64,000 nucleotides of DNA from Marsupella aquatica (Eukaryota > Plantae > Marchantiophyta), in contig OZ316894.1 of assembly GCA_973895155.1 (NCBI GenBank), positions 4,736,944 through 4,800,943 on the forward strand, written 5' to 3'. This document shows, piece by piece, positions 26,031 to 39,894 of the stretch. Made by a program: the position numbers and the translations under genes. Every line of letters starts with the position of its first letter. The stretch's first letter is position 1. The notes beneath the pieces were generated by a model. The model made no database searches, had not been told where the DNA came from, and was given only the letters and a program-made list of their open reading frames with translations.

Positions 26031-27729
26031 TCACTTTGTCTCTAGCTGATCCAGTAAGAACAGGATCCATCAATATAAACACTATGAATTGACAGGTTAT
26101 TTTTCCAAAAATAAACCAATACTGAAATGTGAGTTCCTGTGACGAAATTTTGTAGAAACAGGAAGGAAATTTACATCGCATATTCCAGAAATATTTTTGA
26201 ACATGTAAGACACTGATGTATCAGTGTATACATTGTTTGTAAAGAAAAATATATGACATCTAAATAAGTTATTCATGACATTAAAGAATAGAAAGTACTC
26301 AAAGTAGGAACCTGAAAAGTAAGAATATGAAGTGTGCGCTGCGCAAACCCGAATGTACATACGGTACGTGGGACTGGATCACTGGACGGTACAGTTTGTT
26401 CAGCAGTCACTAGCAAGTATCATCCTGATTCTCTGACGGGATGACGTTTACCTGGCCGGAAACAGCATGGACGTGGGAAAAGCCTGACCGGGACTATTGT
26501 TCCGATTGCTTGACCGACGTTCTCCGGACACCCGGACCTGTATCAGTCTGAAACTTTACTGACAAAGGCTGGGCCAGTGCGGGGAGGACTTCTGGCAGGC
26601 GCACCGGCTCACGGTCAAGACGGTCAATAATAAAGACGGGGTCAGAGTAGTGATTGCCTTCAACTAATCAAATCGGCCCTAATCAGTTGAGTCATTAACT
26701 CCGACTCTCCGAGGCTCACGTTACGAGTTATGTTGGAGTAGTGGGCACGATTATTTTGTTGCATTTCAACTTTTTTGAAATTACCAGGTTGCCATTTTGA
26801 AACTTTATTGACTAATCATGCCTTTCAAAAGGTCAACTCAAGTTAATTTCTAATTAATCAATAGCACTCATTGGCCGCATACTGGGGCAACATACCAGGA
26901 TTGCAGTTACTATTGAAGACTCAGGGCCACGCAAGCAAGGATGTCATGGGGAAAGGGTCAATGGATCAAGGATAACCCTAGCCTCACAAGGTTGGTCGCA
27001 TTTGAGAGGTCCTATTGCCAGCAAAAATTAAAACATCATCATTTTTCTTCTAAGTGTCAAAAGCTCTTTGAACCCCACTTTTGGGTCCCCAATGTCTACA
27101 AAGGTTTTCAACCCTGCACCTCCATGTCCCCACACAAATGGTCTACCAGTCCACCCATAGCCCCTGGACAAAAATAGAGGTCTCAATCCTGGAATTTTGG
27201 GTATCAGTGCACATAGCTTTGCATCCGGCAGGCAACCGGCGATGACAAGTATAAATGACTTTCCAGGGACCCATAGCCCCAAATAGTAGAGAGAGAGACA
27301 AGGCAGAACTTGGGTTGTCCACTTTGCAAAATGGGAATGATTGGAAGCCATGGATAGGGTTTGTAATTAACCTTGTTAGTAATTAACTCTAGTGTGTGAT
27401 TATGTTAATTGGATTGCAACTTAATTGACCACAGTTGAGCTCCTGAGGTCAGGCTAATGGGGATGACATATCATGTCGAGGAGCATTTCATTGTGCTCAC
27501 ATTGAAGATCAATATTCAAGAGCTGAAAATTGGAGAGAGGAAAGAGGATTATGTCATAGAACAGTCTTGAGTACATTTTTGATTGAACTAAACGTAGTCA
27601 ATAGTGGTGGGAATCCCAAACTTGGTCCCTGGTGATATTGTAGGGTAGTCACTAATAAGGCAATCACATTCAGGAATACACAACCTGGACAACACAAAAT
27701 ACAACTTGAGGAGAGAGGAACTAAAATTC

Positions 27730-27910
27730 TATTTGTCTTCTTGTGACCAAAGCATGAATAGGAGCTAGGGAGGAAGATTCCTTAAGTCTTCTTTTGACCA
27801 AAGTATGTACAGGAGAGAACGAGGAACATTACTTCACTCTTCTTGTGACCAAAGCATGAAAAGGAGAGGAGAGGGAATACGCTTCGTTTCAGTCTTCTTG
27901 ACCAAGGCAT
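27730..27910. repeat. Minisatellite, ~4 x ~52-bp units
   Basis: TCTTCTT(G/T)TGACCAAAG(C/T)ATG...AGGAG repeated. Confidence 0.8.
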
Positions 27911-28289
27911 TCTTTGGTCACTTACCTTGTATTTTTCCATGCAAAACCCGTAAAAAATAGACCAAAAGACTTCAATAATTGCAAAAGGGGAAGGGGTCTA
28001 GAGAGAACCATGAAGAGTCTAGGAGTTAGTTATTGGTAGATTTTGGTTTGGAGTATATTTGGGTCTGTGATTCCGTTGTTCTAGTTCGATGGAGGTGAAG
28101 AGGCTTTGAGAATACATAGTCCTACTATACATGGCGTAGTCTCTAAGTTTTGAGTAGTTACCCCTACCCCTAGATTTGCTCCAATGGAGATGTGGGTCCC
28201 GTCCAGATTCCTCATTATTTTGTTGACCATGTTGTTGTGTTTTTTAAATACGGCAAACCACATCAGGGTTTCTTTATAGCCAAGATGCC

Positions 28290-28510
28290 AAGGTGGCGGA
28301 TGTCACCTTGTGTGCAGGAGAGATGCTCAGAAGATTCCTAATGAAATTTTACTAGATTGATTTCTGACGGTTTAGATCGTCTTACATTTAAGGACAATAG
28401 TCAGATTCTGGCTACTTCTGGCCACTGGGGCCTGTGGCTAGATGAGGAACTGACTAATCAAGACAAAAGGTGGGGCCTGTGGCTAGATGAGGAACTGGCT
28501 AATACAAGAC
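28290..28510 (+). repeat. Interspersed repeat (also at ~23330-23480) with internal 45-bp duplication
   Basis: GGTGGC..ATGTCACCTT...ATTTCTGAC...AGATC...AGATTCTGGCTA is shared with 23330-23480. TGGGGCCTGTGGCTAGATGAGGAACTG occurs at 28426 and 28471. Confidence 0.6.
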
Positions 28511-31500
28511 AAAAGCCTGGCAAAGTTTTGCCAAAAGTGGCAATACTTTTGAGTGAGTTGGAATTTGGAAAGTTTTCTGCCTCTAGAAAAACCGCTGGAC
28601 CACATCTTAAAAAGCTTGCAGGAGGGGCAAAACGCCCTCTTTGTTTTTTATAATTCCTACAACTACTAGAAGTGATGTGGCAGTAACACATTGTTGAGTA
28701 TGCTGTTGAATACTCAGGTCTTATTCCATGTTGCCCCAGCCCCCAAATGTGACTGGGGATGGCTTGAAGAGTGATTCCAAGCTAAGCAAGGTTATAAATG
28801 CTACCCCGTACCCCCTCCATCTGGTTTCAATGGACCTGATGTTCTCCTGTGACCTTAGATGGGGTGGGGGCAGCCACACATGGAAATGGGGCCCTCAGTG
28901 TAAACGGAAGTTCCTTTTCTGAGCTGATTATTTTCTCCTTTGTTAGATCTGTTTCAGACCATTTCATGGTGCACACAAGTGTAAGGTATAGGGTGTAAAG
29001 AGACATTGTTTACCCTGTTAACTGGTGTCAAGTTGCTTCAACCTCAGTCATCTTACTAATAATTCACGATGAGAAGCTAGAGTCGGATCTAGGCTTCTAG
29101 AGTAAAGCCTCTAGACCATGACTCTAGTGCCCCGCCAAAATGTATGTAGATGAAAAGAACACGAACATATTATGTATATCAAAATGATATCATGCATGGT
29201 AATCTTTGTCACGGTTTCTAAGAATATTCAAAAATGGGCAATCAGGCTCCCATTTGTTAACTTGTTGCCTGGTTTAACCAATCTGTAAAACAACTTTGCA
29301 CAAAGACTTAAGAGGTCCCTGTCCATGGTGTACAACCATACCAATACTTGGAAGGAAAAGTTCATATGGGTTTGGGGCTACAAACTCTGAACTCTTAACG
29401 CGTCCATGAAATTAGAGATCTTTTTAGATTAAACCGAGTTGATCTTTGATGTACTCAAATTGCCATGGCCATGTCCACCTTACGGCCTGCAATGTCAACT
29501 AAACAAGCCTTACCATGCGTGGGAGAGATAGCCTGCTATTTTATACTTGTGAAATCTCATGGCTCCAACAAAATTCTATATTTATCGTTCTCTCATCACC
29601 TAAATGGAAACTGGTGTGAGGGCAATCCTAAGAGTGGGACCAAGGGATTACAATACATGAGTTTTTGAGGAACCCGTCCACCTGAATTTGCCTTGGGCAT
29701 CCTTGCTTGCATGCCAACAAGGAAAAGACGAGGATCAACTTTCTGCTGGCCCCTTCAATTCCCCTTGATTATGGTCTCCTACCGAGCCACTGTCTTTACA
29801 GGCCAGAGAGTGATCATGAATGATTCGAATGAAGGATATATTCGGTGAACTACCTGTAGCTGCTATTGCAGCAGCCCTATAAGTAGCCCTTCGTTTTTTG
29901 TGCTCAACTGTAGTGGGATTGTGCATAAATCAATTTCCTACTCTTCAGATATCCAGGTGACGATTTGAAACAAGAGCGAGCTAGTTGAAAACACTCTGCT
30001 GACTCTTTTGCGCTCGTTTTGACTTCTAATCTAGAATAGATCATTTGTATGACATTGCCACTGGTGAGAATGAGTGAAGCCTTTGTTCGATGATTGTGAT
30101 GCGGACAAACTGTAGACTGTTCAAGACTTTGAAGTTCTGCAGCACTTGTTGACCTACGATATCGAAGGTGAATCTAGAGCTGATTGCTTGCTCTGACTTT
30201 AACTGACTATTAGCTGTCATTCTCATAATGCTTTTTGCTGTAAAACATCCCCTACTAGTTGAGAGTCACTCCTATAGCTACTGTAATACTACATACTTGT
30301 AAAATTTTCTGCCCTTTCCACAAAATTATTTTTGATTTTGTTTTACGCCTCTGTAATTTCGCATTGAATGTGTGCACAACTGAACTGTTGTGCCCGACTT
30401 TTGTGGTGAGTGTGACCATGGATTTTCTACCCACGAATCCTGAAACTTGTTACAGTACTCTACATTCATTCTGTTGCTTCCATGTTGTCCAAATTATGAT
30501 TCGGGACGTGTCTCTCACTCCACACTCGTTGCCGTGATGATCGTGTCCTATCCTCCTGCGTCGCGTTAGCCTCTGTTTTTCTCTACTTCGCTTCTACAAT
30601 TTGTCATCCATTTTGGCTTGTTGGGTGACTTTTGTACATTATCCCTGTTGCCTGTCCCTCTCTAACCTGATGAATGGCCTCCTTCTCACTCAACCAGGAA
30701 CAGCCCTGTTCGTAGAAGCCACTTCCCGACTCTTGTTCTTAGGTCTGAGGTGTCTTCATCCCTTGCATGGTGTTTTGCTGGGTTCTCCCTGTTGATCTGT
30801 ATCACAATTCTGTATGCTTTCCTGTTCCTGTTCGGTCCCCCGTCCAAGTTCCTCTGCAAATGTATCAAAGCAGTCTGGTGGTGGGTTTGATCTCAGCTTC
30901 TTCTATCTCCGATCCCGTGTAAAAACGCAGGGACAAGCTCTTCCGATCTTGCACTATATTTGGGAGCCTTGTGTATATTACTTTATCTTGGAATCTGGAT
31001 CCATTCTCCCCACCGATCCCGGAATCCACTTCCTCTCTTGTCAGACTGTGCAATCCATGCCTTGCTATTCACCGGCCGAATGAAATAAAATCCTGTGCCA
31101 CAACAATTGTAAACTCGCATTGCAGGGGATGATAGAAATTAGGTTTGCTTCATCCAGGCTCATGGTTTTATAATTCGCCGAAGTCTTCTATGCAAATAGT
31201 TCTGGAAGGATACTGATCCGGGATGTCTTCGATGTGTTAGTTTCAATTCATTCGCAAGTGGTTGGTTCCAACCGAAGTGCATTTCACGGAAGTAAGGTGA
31301 TCGTCTTCCCAATTATTTTGTCAAAACACCTTCGCATCCAAACCACCTAGTATAGTTCTGCGAGGCCAAATACGAATTGCATCCAGCCAGCGCTCTTATT
31401 TTATGCAGTTCTTCAGCTCAATTCAGTGTAATTCTTGAACTAAACGAATACTCGAAGTAAACGAATTCTTGAACTAAACGAATTCGATGGTGTTCTCTTA

Positions 31501-31715
31501 TTTTTTATTGTTCTAATGGATGCAATTTCTCTTAGCTTACCGTGAACTACAAATCGCTGTACACCTGTGGTTTATTTATTGGTGAGAGGCAGAGGCACTT
31601 TGCGGTGTCAAGCTTGTTCTGAAATTCTCGCTCCGCTGTTTGTGAAGAAGGTGGACAGCACCCCCCTCCCCCTTTCCTACATTCTCTCTTGCTGCAGCAC
31701 CAGTGGAGGCTTCAA

Positions 31716-33636
31716 ATGGCAGCAGACCAGCTTCTGGATGTCATAGTTTTTGGGGCTTCCGGTTTCACTGGAAAGTATGTGATCCGGGAGCTGCTCAAGT
31801 TCACGGATTGTCCAACGGCCGATGGTAATGGTGGTGGGAAGAGAAAGGTGGGCATTGCAGGCCGCAACAAATCCAGACTCTCAGCTTCTCTCACCTGGGC
31901 GCTGGAGGGAAAACCATCTCCTGTCCCAGTCTCCATCTTTGAGGCCAATGTGGACGACGAAGCTTCTTTAGCATCCCTAGTTAAGAAGACAAGGCTTTTG
32001 GTCAACGTGGTCGGGCCTTATCGAAAATATGGGGAGCCTGTGGTCAAGGCCTGTGTGGAGGCAGGCGTCGATTACCTTGACATCACCGGAGAACCAGAGT
32101 TTATGGAGAGAATGGAAGCTAGTTATCATGAATCAGCTACGAGGGCTGGCTCGTTGGTTGTGAGTGCATGCGGATATGATTCAATACCTGCAGAGCTTGG
32201 CGTTATCCACAATGCAAGGCAATTCGGTCCACCCACGCTCCCTCAATCCTGCAATTCATATCTGGTGCTGTCGAATAAGCTTGGCCGCATTTGTGGCAAT
32301 AGTGGAACTTGGGAGTCAGTTGTACTCGGTGTTGCACATGAGACAGACCTCCAGCAGCTGCGAAAGTCTCGTCCTCGTCGTTCCAGGCCTCAGGTGATGT
32401 GAATATTTCAAAACTTCTGCTGTGAGGTCTTGATTCCCTGGTGATGGATAATAAGATTTGCAATACGTCAGCTATTATACCCTTAAAATGTCCGCAGAGA
32501 ATTGAGTAATTGAAACTGGATCGAGTTTTGACTAACAATTGGCAGAGGATACTGTCTGTTCACCTTGACTAGCGTTTAAGAATTTAAGCGGAGGTAGAAT
32601 GTGAAGTTCACTGCGAACCGGTGACAAGCAACCAGAGGATAGCGTCTGTTCACCTTAAATAGAATTCATTATCAAGAATTTATGCGGAGGTAGCATGTGA
32701 GTTTCACGGCGACCAGGTTAGAAGCAACCAAAGTGAAACATTGCTCTTCAAACAGGTAGCACTCTAGGGCCAAGGTGACAGCCAGTCTGCCGATTTGGAA
32801 AACCTCTGATCAGGTGAAGTGTGCAGCATTGCGTACCTGGCTTTCTAGTCATCCGAATATTAGGGACGACTAAATGGATGGTTAGGGATTTATAAATGTT
32901 ATTTTTTCAAGTGCTGAAATGCTGACTTCGTGTGTGACCTAACGTGCAGATTCCTGGTTCTTTGACAAACAAACCAATGGTACATTACGAACCCAATTCC
33001 AGAACATGGGCAGTGAAGCTACCTTCAGCTGATGCGATCGTTGTTCGCCGGACGGTTGCAGCTAGAATTGACTACCCTGAGGGCTTGGCAACTTCGGAAG
33101 ATGAGACAAATCCTAGTTTTACTGAAAGGAAGAAAGAGAAGTGGGCGAGCGTTAAGCCAGTTCAGTTTGGGGTATATTTTGGTTCCAAGACTGTTCCTGG
33201 TGTGATTGGATTTTTCCTCCTCGGCATTGTGCTTGCCATCTTTACACAACTCAAGTGGGGTCGCTCTCTCCTCGTCAAATATCCAGAAATCTTTTCCTTT
33301 GGAGTATTTTTGAAGGAGGGACCTACTGAAGAAAATGTAAGAAATTCTTCTTTCCAACAGTGGTTCGTTGGCAAAGGATTTAGTGAATCATCCATGGTGA
33401 CCAAGACCACCAAGCCTGACAAGCAAATTGTCACTAGGATTTCTGGACCTGAGATTGGATATAGTACCACTCCCATCTGTCTGGTTCAGGCAGCACTTAT
33501 TGTCTTAGATCAGAGGAGTTTCTTACCTAAAGGTGGAGTGCTAACACCAGGGACTGTCTTTGGCACGACCGATCTGCAAGAGCGGATCGAAAGGAATGGC
33601 GTGCAATTTGATGTAGTCAGCACGGGTCATATATGA
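31716..33636 (+). CDS. Saccharopine dehydrogenase-like oxidoreductase (SCCPDH family)
   Basis: Exons 31716-32393 and 32950-33636 (CAG/GT...AG). Rossmann motif VFGASGFTGKYV, plus VGPYRKYGEPVVKAC, YLDITGEPEF, SACGYDSIPAELG, GPEIGYSTTP and PKGGVLTPG. Confidence 0.93.
32543..32732. repeat. ~90-bp imperfect tandem duplication in intron
   Basis: CAGAGGATA..GTCTGTTCACCTT...AAGAATTTA.GCGGAGGTAG.ATGTGA...AAGCAACCA occurs twice. Confidence 0.8.
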
Positions 33637-33679
33637 GACTAGGAGAAATTTTGGATTGATGTTACAATAGGTCTATCCA

Positions 33680-34205
33680 TACCTTTTGTGTTTTTGAAGT
33701 CCACTGAAGGGACGCATTTGTTTAATCCCGTAATCAAATCTGAACTGGATGTACGTAGATGACTCATGGTAAGCATGAGCCAACCAGTCAGCAGAAGAGC
33801 ATACCTGTTGTCTTTTGGGGTCTCTTGTGCCAGTGTTAGTCTGTTCTTGGTTTTTTGTTCCTTGGTTGTTGGGACATTTTGACTTGTTTGACCCCTTTGG
33901 TCTTCTAGCGCCTTGTTCCCTTCCCTTATTGTGTTGCTTTGCCCGGTTTGTGTTCCTTGGTTGTTGGGACATTTTGACTTGTTTGACCCCTTTGGTCTTC
34001 TAGCGCCTTGTTCCCTTCCCTTATGGTGTTGCGTTGCCTTTGGGACCATGTCTCCAGGTTAGGAGGTTTTGTTTCCTGGCACAGGTACATATTTTATTTT
34101 GTGTTTGAAGTCCACTGAACGGAAGCATTTGTTTAATCCCGTAATCAAATCTTGATGGACGTACATGACTCATGGTTAGCATGAGCCAACCAGTCAGCAG
34201 AAGAG
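33680..34205. repeat. ~120-bp direct repeats flanking a ~290-bp insert that has an internal tandem duplication
   Basis: TTTGAAGTCCACTGAA...GCATTTGTTTAATCCCGTAATCAAATC...GACTCATGGT.AGCATGAGCCAACCAGTCAGCAGAAGAG at ~33690-33799 and ~34103-34205. The insert holds two ~95-bp copies of TTGTTGGGACATTTTGACTTGTTTGACCCCTTTGGTCTTCTAGCGCC. Confidence 0.85.
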
Positions 34206-35127
34206 GAGCTGGTGAGACTTACTCAGTCAAGATTCACTCTGTCTGGTTTAGATTTGTCTTCTATGGTGCAACAAATTCATTTTTTCCTTTCAATACTGAC
34301 TGCTCGGAGGAAAGGCTTTCAGGATTTATTGTCGCGAATGAATCTCACTTTGTAGTCAATTGAATTGAACTGCCGTCATCATTGTAGTAATCACCCATAC
34401 TCTTCCACTACTGTCTGAAGAAATCCTCCTAGAAGTTCCAATCAGTTTTGATTTGAACGGCTGTTTCAATACAATACGGCAGGACCCAAAACACTCGTAC
34501 CCTGTCCACAAGGATAATCATCCGACTTTTCTGCCCTGTATACTCAGGATAAACTTCTACCAGGCAGCTTTAGAGGCCCCTGCTTTCGTCCATGGGCTCT
34601 GGATTTACGATCTCCTTTGCCTTCTTTAAAATCCACCTTTGTTTAAATCCAATCTGACATAACTCAGATTCGTACTACTTTGAATTATGGGATGGAATAC
34701 GAATTTTGTAGTGTTGTCCAATTCAAGCTGAATCTATCTCATTGGTTGGAATCAACACAGGTATAACTATCGCAGCTTCCAGTCACCCTCATTTGTTACC
34801 ATATGTTCTTCAAAGCAAGGGTCATATTCAATGGCTTTTGTCCATTCCTTCTCAAGCTTTGAAACGATGGGGCAAAAAGCTGTAGGCCGTATGAACTCGA
34901 AGCTCCGACGCTCGTACGATTTTAAAATTTACGAACTTAGGTTGCCTCCTTGTTTCAAGGAATGTACACCCAGGCATTCAATTGCCTAACAGGGGCAAAA
35001 TATTCTCATGGGGGCTAAAAAATCGACTAATTTCCTGGAAAAATTAAATTCAATATGACCTACACTGAAACAACACTCACCAGATTAGCTTTCGTGACCT
35101 AAGGCCGTGTCCCCAGTAACAGCTTCC

Positions 35128-37932
35128 TCAATAAAGACCCAAGAACTTCCACCAGACCCCTCCGACCACTGCCCATATCGAAACGTTCCATACTGCAAAA
35201 ATGGCTCCGAGCTTGAATACATCTGGTAGATCCACGAAACCGGCTGGAAGACAAAAGATAGGACACGTTAATCAGAAGTCACATTCCGTGTGAACAGAAG
35301 CATTGGGCATGAAATCAAATAATGAAATCCACAGCGAAATTGTTCTAGTATGTACAGAGAACAGGACCTCTCAAGTTTTCAGACGGAGGTTACCTCCATA
35401 GTAGACAGCAGCCTGCCCACTGCTGTAATGAGTTAAGGCCCCAAATAGATTGGTGTTGAAAGCCAGCGCCAGTGCTGCAAGGACAGGAGGAACTCCAGCA
35501 GCAAGCTGCATAGCCAAAATTGCAGAATACATGGCACCCACATGACCAGTCTGGCTTGCAAACAGGTAATGTGACACAAAGTAGACGGCCTGAAGAATTC
35601 CAAATGTCGCGGGCCAGCCAAGGGAGAAGGAAGAGAGAAACTGGCCAACAGAGTTCGCTAAATAGCCAACAAGACCCAGGTTCGTTAACTGGCTTGCCAT
35701 TCCAACCAGCACTGCAAACCATGCCAAAGTATCCCAAGCTGATTTCTCAGCGAGACAATCATTCCAGTTCAGAACACCCGTCAAAAGGAGAATTGAAAGT
35801 CCCAGCATAGCTGCTACCACACTTGCGACTCCAATCGCATCTCTGTACAAAAGAAAACGGGAACAGCAACCAACATTGTAAGTAACGTCACATACCCTGT
35901 GAGAAGACACCTGAGTCCACTCCTTGAGTTCTACTGGCACATACTCATGTTTAGCGGATTGAATCAAGATGCACATCAGAAATGAGGTTGAAGGTAAAAG
36001 TTTCATCTGTAAATTAAGCAACAATCAGTCCAGCATCAGGTCAAAGCAGACTTACCCAGCGACCCACAATGTCACCGCGAGCAGCATAGTAGCTACCATC
36101 ACCCATTCACCCTGGGTAACCGGACCTAGAGCTTCCAGCTTCTTTTCTGCTTGCGCAGGAGCTTCAGGCGTACTTTTAATCTCCGGAGGGAAGAGTTTAT
36201 ACATCAACATAGGCGTGGTAAGCAGCGCGACAAGAGCTGGTACACTTGCAGCTTTAAACCAGGCCATCCATGGGTTGACTATCTCAACTCCCAGTCCCTT
36301 TGCCAAATTGAGGCAGAGCAAGTTCTGGGCAGCTCCTGTAAGATACAGAGCACTCGATTGCCCACAAGCCTGCCCAATAACTAAGCAAGTTAATAAACTT
36401 TAGTAGAGTCCTCCCAGGTTGACAAACGTTCAGGTCTTGCGGTACGTGTTTACGTTCGAATCAACAGGAGCAAATAACTAGAGAAAGTGAGTTCTTTTCG
36501 TAAGATAGCAAGTTACTTTCGTAAGATAGAACTCCTAAAGGGAGTTATATCAATTAAGCCAAAAGCAGAAAACTACACACCTTGCTACTTTCAAATGCTT
36601 CTGTGCAACATTCATCCCAACAATGTTCATCACAGGCAAGCAGGAAAGTTACAGTACTCTTGGTATGAAATCCCATACAGGGATCAAGTGGACTAAACAT
36701 TTACAGTAGGTGAGTACCTTTCCCAAGAGATTTCATCAACATGGTTCAGATTGAAGAGAAGGAACGAGGTTTACACTTAGCAATCAACAGAATATTAAAC
36801 ACCAGAGACGGTAACTGGAAGGATCTTTAATAATATGTGACCCGGCATTGCATTTCTTGATTAAAAACAAGTCACCAGATGGGAGGTCTGCCTCGGTGAA
36901 AGAACATGAGCCATAACAATAGAATTGAGGGAATATCAAACAGGAGAGACCTCGACCTCGAGATCAAAAAAATAAAATGAAAGAGAAGTTATTGTCAAAT
37001 CCCACCTGGAATTGGGTTTGAACAAGAAACGCCCCTAACTTCTTTGAGCTCTTATCGTTTGGCTTGCTTCCAGAAGCCAGAGACAGAGAAGAAATGATGG
37101 GGAGAAACACCCCTCCAGCTCGTGCTGTTGTGCTCGGCATCGCAGGGGCTATAAGAGCCTCTGCCACAGTCAATCCATAAGACAAACCGAGTGTACTCTT
37201 GCCCAACCATTTTACAAAATAAGTAGCAACACGGTCGCCAAGCCCTGTCTTCACAAATCCTCTTGCGAAGAAGAACGAGATCACAATCAGCCACAGCACC
37301 TCGCTAGTGAAAGCGCCGAAGGCTGCGGTAAATGTCAAAGTGTTAGTTAGCACGGTGACAGTCAGTCCGATGAAGGCCCATGCTCCCACAGGTAGAGGAG
37401 CCAACACAAGCCCAGCGATGGTGGACAGAAATATTGCGAAGAGCTGCCACGCCTGGGCAGTAACAGCCCCAGGCTTCGGAACCAAAAATCTCAATATCAG
37501 ACCCACCGACACTGACAAGATCAACGGGATGGGTTTGGCTCCCTGAAGCTTAGGGGCCTCAATTGGAGGATCCTGGTCATTAAGAGGCACGGCAGCAGAT
37601 CCAGCAGCAGCTACAGGCCCACTCTGGATTCGGCTAGAGCCAAGACCTACATTTTTGTGTGAGGGGTTCAGTGAAGGGGAGAACGGAAGCTGAAGGGGTT
37701 TGGCAGAAAATGATCTCCTGCGAAGAGGCTGTGGAGCAAAACTGCACCGAGACTGTGACAAGCAAGATGCACTCACTGTGCGTTTGATACGCAGAACGGC
37801 GGGGGAAGGAGAGGGGGAGGAGGCATGCCGAACGCCACTTGGAGATCGAGTTAGAGACATTTGTGAACAGCAAGATGCCGACGATGTTGACGGAAGGGCG
37901 ACAGCCTGGCTGGCGCCCATGGAGATCGACAT
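35128..37932 (-). CDS. DiT2: Plastid dicarboxylate (glutamate/malate) transporter, DiT2 type
   Basis: Exons 37932(or 37920)-37006, 36369-36056, 35842-35394 and 35243-35128. Ser/Arg-rich transit peptide, QGAKPIPLILS..WQLFAIFLSTIAGLVL.PLPVGAWAF, PSTTARAGGVFLPII, SQTGHVGA, THYSSGQAAVYYG and C-terminal VDLPDVFK...WWKFLGLY, which match DiT2 rather than DiT1. Confidence 0.93.
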
Positions 37933-39156
37933 CTTCCGCACTTCGTCCTCAGGACTTCCTCACTGAATTGCCAACACGAAGACGCCTCTCTGCACCAACG
38001 ACGAACTTGTTAGAATACCGATCAAATTCGCCCTACGAGCTGGTCAACGATTTCACTTGAATTGGCATCAATTCCAGGTGGAACGTACAGAGAAAACAGG
38101 TAAGAAATTTCTCTCAAAATCACCGAAACTTTCACAAACGAGATCTATTTCTAGCAGAATTGTCATCTACTCCTGTTGGTGAAGCTCGAAAATCATTGAT
38201 GCCCGTGATCACAAAAATCATCCATAAGTTCGGCACATTACTCGCGGGTGGTGCGAAATTATGGACGAAGTGCAGAAAACGTTGCTATCAGTAGCAACAG
38301 TCAGTTGCTTGCACTGCTTTTCGCACAGATGGAGAGCTTCCTGGTTTAGCAGTCAGCCAGAATACCCTTTCTCAAGAAGAACCATGGAAGAAAGTCATTT
38401 GGATTGAGAACCCTCCCTCGCTCTCCATTGTATAAAACCATGGCGGGGATTCCAACCCACAGACTGAAACAGACAACGAGCGAATTGCCGCAACGGAACT
38501 AAGTCAATGGGAAATCACAATCGTGTCATATGGCAGACATGATCACAGTTGAGGGCGAGAGCCCATTCGCAGAGAAGCGTCCCGGACTGACATGCCATTG
38601 CGCCTCTGCAAGTTCATTCCATGGCCAGGCTGACGTCCCGCCGATTCACAACTAAAAGCTCTGAACACAGCACGCTGCTCGATTTTATTTCTCCGAAATC
38701 ATTCGGCAAAAGCTACAGCAACCGCTACAGACCTTCGATTTGGACGAAGCCAGCTCCAATCCCCGGGAACATAGAGATTGACACACGAGGCGCGAAAGCG
38801 GAAATAAATTCACATTGTTCTGCGCCACTAGATGAACCCTAGCTACAACTCCAACGTGCACAAGCAAGAACAAGAAACGAGACGTTCGTCTAGAGGAAAT
38901 GGCAACGAATTTCACAGCGCAATGCTGTCGGATCACATCATTCTCGAAGCAGAGCGGGACACCCAGAGACACAGGAAAGGCAGAACTTCTGAGGCATTGA
39001 AACTCAGCACCGATCCATCCCTATATCAGGAACCCACAAAACAACAATCTGCCAGGAAACAAGGAACAAAACAGAATCTGCATTGATTGATTGAATTGAG
39101 CGAACATAGTACTTGTACCCTGCTGAATGCCAGCTTGAGAGTGGAACACCTGGAAC

Positions 39157-39244
39157 TCTCGCGGCAGCTCAATGAATGCAGCAGGCAAGGCCGAACTTAG
39201 TCTCGTGGCAGCTCAATGAATGCAGCAGGCAAGGCCGAACTTAC
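39157..39244. repeat. 44-bp tandem duplication at the putative DiT2 5'-UTR intron donor
   Basis: TCTCG(C/T)GGCAGCTCAATGAATGCAGCAGGCAAGGCCGAACTTA(G/C) occurs twice. Confidence 0.9.
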
Positions 39245-39894
39245 TGCTGTACTGGTACTGTCCTCACTACAGTAATCGGATATTAATATGTGATTGATCG
39301 GCAGCAAGCAGAGCTGCGATCACCAGAAGTGTGTATGAAGGACAAGAAAACTGTGAAGTGGACGGAGAGGTCCATTCAATTTGGGAATCCGCTCTCTCCC
39401 TCACATTCGCTTCTCTCTCTGTTCCCCCCTCATGGGTCCCACCCGTATTCCCGCGGGATTCCCGTCCACCAATGCCCATTTTCTGGGGTTTGGTTTTTCC
39501 CCTGGAATCAGTGAGCCGGACCGAGTTTGGACTTTTGGACCCTCACTTGCCTGCACGAGCTGGGTACCATTTGGGCAGGCTGTATCTGTAATGAATGGCC
39601 CGGATTGATCCTTGAGCCTGATCGAACTTGTTAACAAGAGTTTGTGCCAACAGAGGGACATTATTATTGACAGGTTGTTACTATAAACTTCTAACAAATC
39701 TCAGGTCACTTGTGTCTTGAGGGACGTTGGCTGCTGCAGTTTTGGGCTGGGCGGTGGCTGCTCGAGCATTGCTGGAGAAAACACACTAGCACCGCAAGCA
39801 AGCAGCTGGATGGGCTGATGAAACGCTGTTCGTAAGCTACGTGCTGTCGATTCTGGCTGAGCAGAAGTGAAGGAGGAAGGGCACCGTGGCAGTC

